Assembly: GCA_950097015.1 (NCBI GenBank)
Contig: CATNEN010000001.1
Span: 14,260,001 to 14,324,000 of the forward strand
From: Macrostomum hystrix
Lineage: Eukaryota > Animalia > Platyhelminthes
Length of the DNA: 64,000 nt
Direction: 5' to 3'
In this document: positions 58,270 through 64,000 of the stretch, in pieces
How the letters are laid out: every line of letters starts with the position of its first letter
Position numbering within the stretch: position 1 is the stretch's first letter
Position numbers and translations under genes: made by a program
The notes under the pieces: generated by a model
The model's input: the letters and a program-made list of their open reading frames with translations, nothing else
The model's database searches: none
What the model was told of the DNA's origin: nothing

Positions 58270-59172
58270 ACTGAAAGAAAAGATATTTCAATACCTACTT
58301 AGATTTTTGCAGTTTTGTCTAGCTGTTATCGGCTGTTTTGCCAAACAGCTCCAGTGCGTTAATAAATACACAGTTTGTGGGGGTTCGATCGCATGACTAA
58401 CCCCAGTCAAATGATGCTCCAAGTTTTGAGAGTTTTAACAAGCAGCCAGCTGATTTAGCAAACAGTCACGCCAAACTCGAGCCTTTAACTCTCTTTCTTT
58501 TCTACTGCGCTTTTCAGCTTCTCCGTTTTAACGATTTTTGGCCCATTAAACTCGTAGAGTGATTTTGCAACGACCTTCCATATCAGCGGCTTCCAGTTCT
58601 GACGGTAGAATTGTGCGCAAAAATCTAAAACGACTCTATGAAATCGGTTCCTGATTTCATTCTCATTTCTCTTCTTTTCATTATTAAATGAAGAAAATAC
58701 AAGAAAAAGTTTTCTGTGTTCCTTATTTATGATATTTTTTATTGCAAGATAAAACTTAACAAAAACAACAGTCCCCTTCTTTCTTCTAGTGAAAAGCCAG
58801 TGAAACTGGGCTAAAAAAATTGTATCCTTATTGTTCACGTTGTTATTTGCATCAAACGTCCCTGTCCTGTTGCCACGAGCCACCTGCCACCTGCAACCTT
58901 AATAGTAATCTTAACATTAACATTAAAAGGATAGTGTATTATTCTGCCTTCTATATATATACGAGCGTATATATATATATATATTGTTAGTTTATAAAGT
59001 TTACAAAAGTTTGTAAGTTTATAAAAAATACATTTTGCTCTCGCCGAAGTTTTGCTAAACATAATATTCCACTCAGTCGCATTTACACCTAATGTCATCC
59101 ATGAAATCAACTGCTAGTTACAGAGCTCTTCTGGCCAAAATAGCTATTATTTGTGTTTCCCTCTTCTTCAAT

Positions 59173-61539
59173 TTAGTCGCATTGGCCGAACGGCTTCAGC
59201 AGCTTCAGGCTGACGAAGCCCTGGTTGCTGCCAGTGTTGCCTCCGCTGGTGGCTGTGCAGCCGCTGCCCCCGCAAAATGATCCACCGCCGCCGCCTCCGT
59301 GGTAGCCAGCGATGCCGGCGCCACCGCCGCTGAAGCCTCCACCGGCTCCACTGGCTCCAGCTGCTGATTTCTTGCCCAAATAGGCACCCCCTCCTCCACC
59401 CCCAAAGCCTCCATCACCACCGCCACCGTCTCCGCCTTTGCCTCCCAGCCAGCCGTTCGCCAGACTGCCGCCTTCCTCACCGTCCACGGCGCTGCGCCTC
59501 GGATTGACAGCCTTGCCCAGCCAGCCAGCACCGCAGCCGCCGTGAAATTCATCATTCTTCGTTCCACTCGGATTGTTGAAGCCTGGCTGACCGTTAACAC
59601 CTCCGTAGCCAAAAAAGTTTTTGTCGCCGGCCACAGAGTCCGTTCCATTCACTCGATCCGATCCCGAAGCCCCTGGTGAAGAAAGGTTTTGTGCATGTCG
59701 CGACTTTCGTCTCTGCCTTCTGTCCTCTATTCACTCGTTCGTTCTCTGCACTTTTCTTGTTTGCATCGTCCAGTTCAATTTAGTTCTTTCTCGTTATCTC
59801 TGCTCGCGGCTGATCTATCATTCTCTCTCCTTTCCTCTTCTCTGATTGGTCCGCCGCTCACATTCTAGCCTCCTCTCGTACCCTCAGTCGTGCACTCTTT
59901 AGTTATCGTACCACCAACCCCCTCCAGTCTGTCCAAATTAACCAAAAATATAAATATAAATATAAATTAACCAAACTCTCACTTTTCACTTGACTTCGCT
60001 CTCCATAAGCTACCTGCAGGCTAGCTAGACAATTGAGTCTGCCCCTCTCAGTTTTCTCGACAGTGCAAGAATTTTATTTTGCCTTTCGACCATTAGAAAA
60101 TATGTATAGCAACTTACCAGGAAATTTTTCCTGACCTCCGCCACCTCCACCAGCAGCCAACAACAGCTGCGGTTGTTGAGCCATAGTTTTGTACACAAAG
60201 CTGCCTCCACCGCCTCCTCCGCCGCAATCTTTCAAAGTGGCACCGCCAGATTGTCCAACCACTACATTCAACAGAGAGCCAGTCGTCAAGCTGAAGTTTC
60301 CGGCTATGAGGGCGCCACGTCCGCTCGGCTTCGTTGTTCCGGGACTTCCGCTCGCTCCGCCCGCTTCGATCCGGTAGCAGCCGGTCAGGTAGACCTGCAG
60401 CTGCTGCACCGAGCCATTCCTGCCAGTGCTGCTGTCTGAAAGTCACCAATCGATCAAATTCACAATAGATTGTATTTCAAATGCTTATAAAAATTCATGC
60501 TAGTATGTTTTGCTTTCAAGTTCCGGTTGGTTTTTAATTTTTTTAGTTTTCAGGAATGACGTCCGGCTTCCTGCTATCTAGGCCCATCGGTCGTCGCCAC
60601 AAAGTGTAGCGCCGACGATTTCTCACCACTGTAGAGATTTGTTCTCTATTAGGTGGACAAGATACGCTCGTACAACTATTTTTGTGTGCGTCAAGCTTCG
60701 TCAAGTCGTCAACATGATAATTTCCAAGGAGCTGACAGCACCCATTAAACAGTTTCAGCTTGCGATTCAGCAGTGGCAGGTAGTCAAGACCGTGCTGGTT
60801 TAAAACGAAAATACTATACATGCCAGGTAAAGGTGGAGCTGGACTAGAGCTGACTAGAGTTGCGCCGGAAAACTGGAAATATGTTAACTAAAGACGCCAA
60901 AGTGCTCAACGCCTCTACGACAGACCAACCTTAATTAGTCTTTGATGAAATTAAAAAAAATTGTAGCTGACAAAGGCGATATATTTATGAGCTACGCTCT
61001 AAAAAGCATGACTATTTATATAAATTCTATATGAACTCTAATAGACCAAAGAAGATAGCTCGAATATTGAAGGTGCTTTTGATCCTGTTTGATTACTCAC
61101 TGAGAAAGTTGACGCTGATATTGGTGTTCGTGAGCAGTGAGTTGTCGGTTCTCCACGTCCTTGCTCCGGTCTCTGAGCCCAGGAGTCGCTGTTCAGGGCT
61201 GCCTAGAGTTGGGTTCTGGTAGATGACAGCCATCTGACAGAGTCCACGGCTCTCGTAAGCCACCGCCACCGAGCAGCCAATCGACTGGCACCTCGTGACG
61301 CAGTCGATCTCGGAGCGGACACCGGTCTGGTTGAAAACGTCACTGCGTACCGTGGCGTTGACTACCGCATCGTTGACCAAGTAAAATTCTCGGTCTGGTA
61401 GTTGCGTCACAGTAATGCAGCTTGCTGGAAATAAAATAACACACTTTAACTGAGCATTTTTTACTCAAATTGAATCAAGCTTAAATAACTTAATCTTACC
61501 AATGAGCTGGTATAAAATTAGAAGCTTAAGTGGTCTCAT
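59173..61539 (-). CDS. Secreted PAN/Apple-like + ALK/LTK-type glycine-rich domain protein, paralog D (393 aa)
   Basis: Exons 61539-61500, 61424-61101, 60435-60118 and 59672-59173, phase-1 GT-AG, total 1182 nt. Signal MRPLKLLILYQLIASCIT and module CVTRCQSIGC-x11-C. Confidence 0.85.
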
Positions 61540-62903
61540 TTTCTGGCCCAGAAACAGCAGCAAAGACAGCAGGAACGGAGCGACTCTAAAATATTTTTGC
61601 TGTTACAATCGTTGGACGGATCCTAGAGCTCAGTTGTTCTTAACTTCTTCTGCTCTAAAGATCTATTGATTCTTGAGTTGGTTTGGGTTGAGTTGAGTGA
61701 CGAGCTACTTTTTCTCATCCCAAGCTGCGACTCAATTGTTTTCCATGTCAATACTTTTGCAGCATTGGCACCAACGCATCATTCGCCATTACAATTGTTT
61801 GTCAGATGTTTGACTCTCACGATGCAAACTCTTGTCTTGCAATTGTCCAAAATTATACGTACCTCTCAGATGTTACTCTGTATGTAGTTAGGAGCCTGTT
61901 CTTGGAGGGCTATTGCTGCTTCTATGAATTCTGCGGAGTCTGGTCACACTCAGTAAATTTTGCTGGTCTCACTTCCTTGAAAAATTTTGGCAATCTTTTT
62001 GTTTGCAATAACTTCTAGACGAAACGTTTAACTCCCTTCTCTGCCGACATGTCTTGCAAAGAAATGTTATTAAAATACAGATTTTTCCAATACATTAAGT
62101 CACTTTACTCACCGAAACTAAATTGCATGATTTATATTTTTCACTAAAAGTACACTATTCTGCTGATCAAAAAAATTATGCTTCTAGATTGAGTAACTAC
62201 GCGCCGTTGGATGAGGCGTAATTTTCCTTATTTTATCTCTTTATAGATCTTTATTATAGTTTACCTGTAATTTGGTCTTACCTTCCAGTTTTACTTGTTA
62301 TATGTAACTTTTTAATGGGTTTACATTTTCAATGTGTCTGTGGCATCAATCATACTTTGTCAAAGAATTACAACCATTTTTTCAAGTCACGCCTACTAAA
62401 GCCAAGCTAGTAGTTTAGAGCAGCTATTTATTTGCCACACAGAACTTCTCTTAACTTAATTGCTTGTTTCTTATCGTCGAAGCTTTTTAGCGTTCATCCC
62501 AAATATGCTACTCATAGTGGCATCGAGCCCAGTAAGACTGTAAAGAATAGACAGGGGCATTTGTTTCAGTGTCACGCAAACTATATTTTTATTTAAAAGG
62601 TAATTATAGAGATAAAATAGTCTAAAAAAATAGTAAAACAATAAGATACATGCCTCAAACCCACATCATGTTTCTGCTTTTATTTGAACGAGTTGTTCAT
62701 TGAATTATGTATCAGTAAGAAAATCTGGTAATGAACTTTCCACAGCTAACAGTTATCCATCGCATTTCTCTACAAAGGCTACTCAAAGTAGCATCAAAGT
62801 GAGTTATTGTGATAAATTAGTTATCGACTAAAAGGTTTGTTAGATCAGAAGAGTGTTCGCAAACTGTCACTGTTTCTCTAAATTTATATCTTATTTGAAA
62901 GTA

Positions 62904-63786
62904 TCAGTCGCACTGATCGAAGAGCTTCAACAGCTTCAAGATGACGAAGCCCTGGTTGCTGCCAGTGTTGCCTCCGCTAGTGGCTGTGCATCCGCTGCCC
63001 CCGCAAAATGATCCACCGCCGCCGCCTCCGTGGTCGCCAGCGATGCCGGCGCCACCGCCGCTGAAGCCTCCACCGGCTCCAGCTGCTGATTTCTTGCCCA
63101 AATAGGCACCCCCTCCTCCGCCCCCAAAGCCTCCGTCACCACCGCCACCGTCTCCGCCTTTGCCTCCCAGCCAGCCGTTCGCCAGACTGCCTCCTTCCTC
63201 ACCGTCCAAGGCGCTGCGCCTCGGATAGACAGCCTTGCCCAGCCAGCCAGCGCCGCAGCCGCCGTGATACTCTCCCGATAAAGTGACGTTTGGGTTGTTG
63301 AAGCCTGGCTGACCGTTTGCGCCCCCAAGGCCGCGATCCTTTATGTCAGCTGACACGGAGTCAGTTCCACTAACGCCTCCTGAACCTGCTGCACCTGGGA
63401 TGTCGAAAATGTTCACTCTGTGGTAGAAAACTGGATTCATTTTTAAAATAGAAATTACAATAGCCTACCTGTGCTTAGTGCCTGACCTCCGCCACCTCCA
63501 CCAGCAGCCAACAACAGCTGCGATTGTTGAGCCATAGTTGTGTACACAAAGCTGCCTCCACCGCCTCCTCCGCCGCAATCTTTCAAAGTGGCACCGCCAG
63601 ATTGTCCAACCACTACATTCAACAGAGAGCCAGTCGTCAAGCTGAAGTTTCCGGCTATGAGGGCGCCACGTCCGCTCGGCTTCGTTGTTCCGGGACTTCC
63701 GCTCGCTCCGCCCGCTTCGATCCGGTAGCAGCCAGTCAGGTAGATCTGCAGCTGTTGCACCGAGCCATTCCTGCCAGTGCTGCTGT
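62904..63786 (-). CDS. Paralog E of the same family, exons 3-4 only (5' exons beyond the right edge)
   Basis: Exons 63786-63469 and 63394-62904, phase 1, nearly identical to paralog D over most of their length. Confidence 0.85.
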
Positions 63787-64000
63787 CTGAAAATACACCA
63801 ATCGATAAGATTCCGGTTGAAATGTGGTGAAAAAGCTAATTCTGCCTTTTAAAAGTCTCTGGAAACGCACACAAGCTACTGATCTGATACGTAGTCGCAA
63901 AATTTTTCAAGAAAGACGGAGGCTTTATGGACAGGCTTGTGGTCGCTAAGTGGCCTATCTAGGGAATATATGATCTATGCTTAGGACCAATGAACCAGTG

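Noticed and set aside
45891-63786. Calling the Gly-rich genes ALK/LTK receptors or PE-PGRS/loricrin-like proteins
   Set aside because: Each gene ends in a stop with no TM or kinase exon. The Gly runs are embedded in ordered conserved beta-strand motifs, so these are neither receptors nor simple low-complexity proteins. The introns rule out bacterial contamination.
45932-63790. Pro-rich and Ala-rich ORFs on the opposite strand or shifted frames of the cluster
   Set aside because: They are shadow ORFs of GGC-rich glycine codons.

Overview
This is eukaryotic, intron-containing animal DNA with very dense minisatellites. The GC-rich poly-Q/poly-A coding style, the minisatellite-filled introns and the divergent Wnt11 suggest a free-living flatworm such as Macrostomum, but that is inference only. 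Genes were reconstructed by hand from GT-AG boundaries and frame continuity. They are CFAP300/C11orf70 (- strand, runs off the left edge), an achaete-scute bHLH gene (-), a DSTYK-like protein with degenerate GTPase and kinase domains (+), a divergent Wnt11-like gene (+), a small single-pass membrane protein ending in EYFV (+), and a tandem cluster of at least five 4-exon paralogs (-, 45.9-64 kb). The paralogs encode secreted proteins with a signal peptide, a PAN/Apple-like Cys module and an ALK/LTK-type TNF-like/glycine-rich domain, with no TM segment or kinase. Mobile DNA includes an internally deleted mariner with intact TIRs, a hAT-type MITE, a 5'-truncated LINE with a 9-bp TSD, about 10 copies of a structured tRNA-derived SINE and two copies of a second tRNA-derived SINE. 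About 20 minisatellite arrays, mostly with 20-22 bp units, explain most of the long ORFs in the supplied track, which are not real proteins. The best candidates for something new are the secreted ALK-ectodomain-like cluster, a possible HDV-like ribozyme core in the SINE, and inverted intronic minisatellite arrays bracketing exons.
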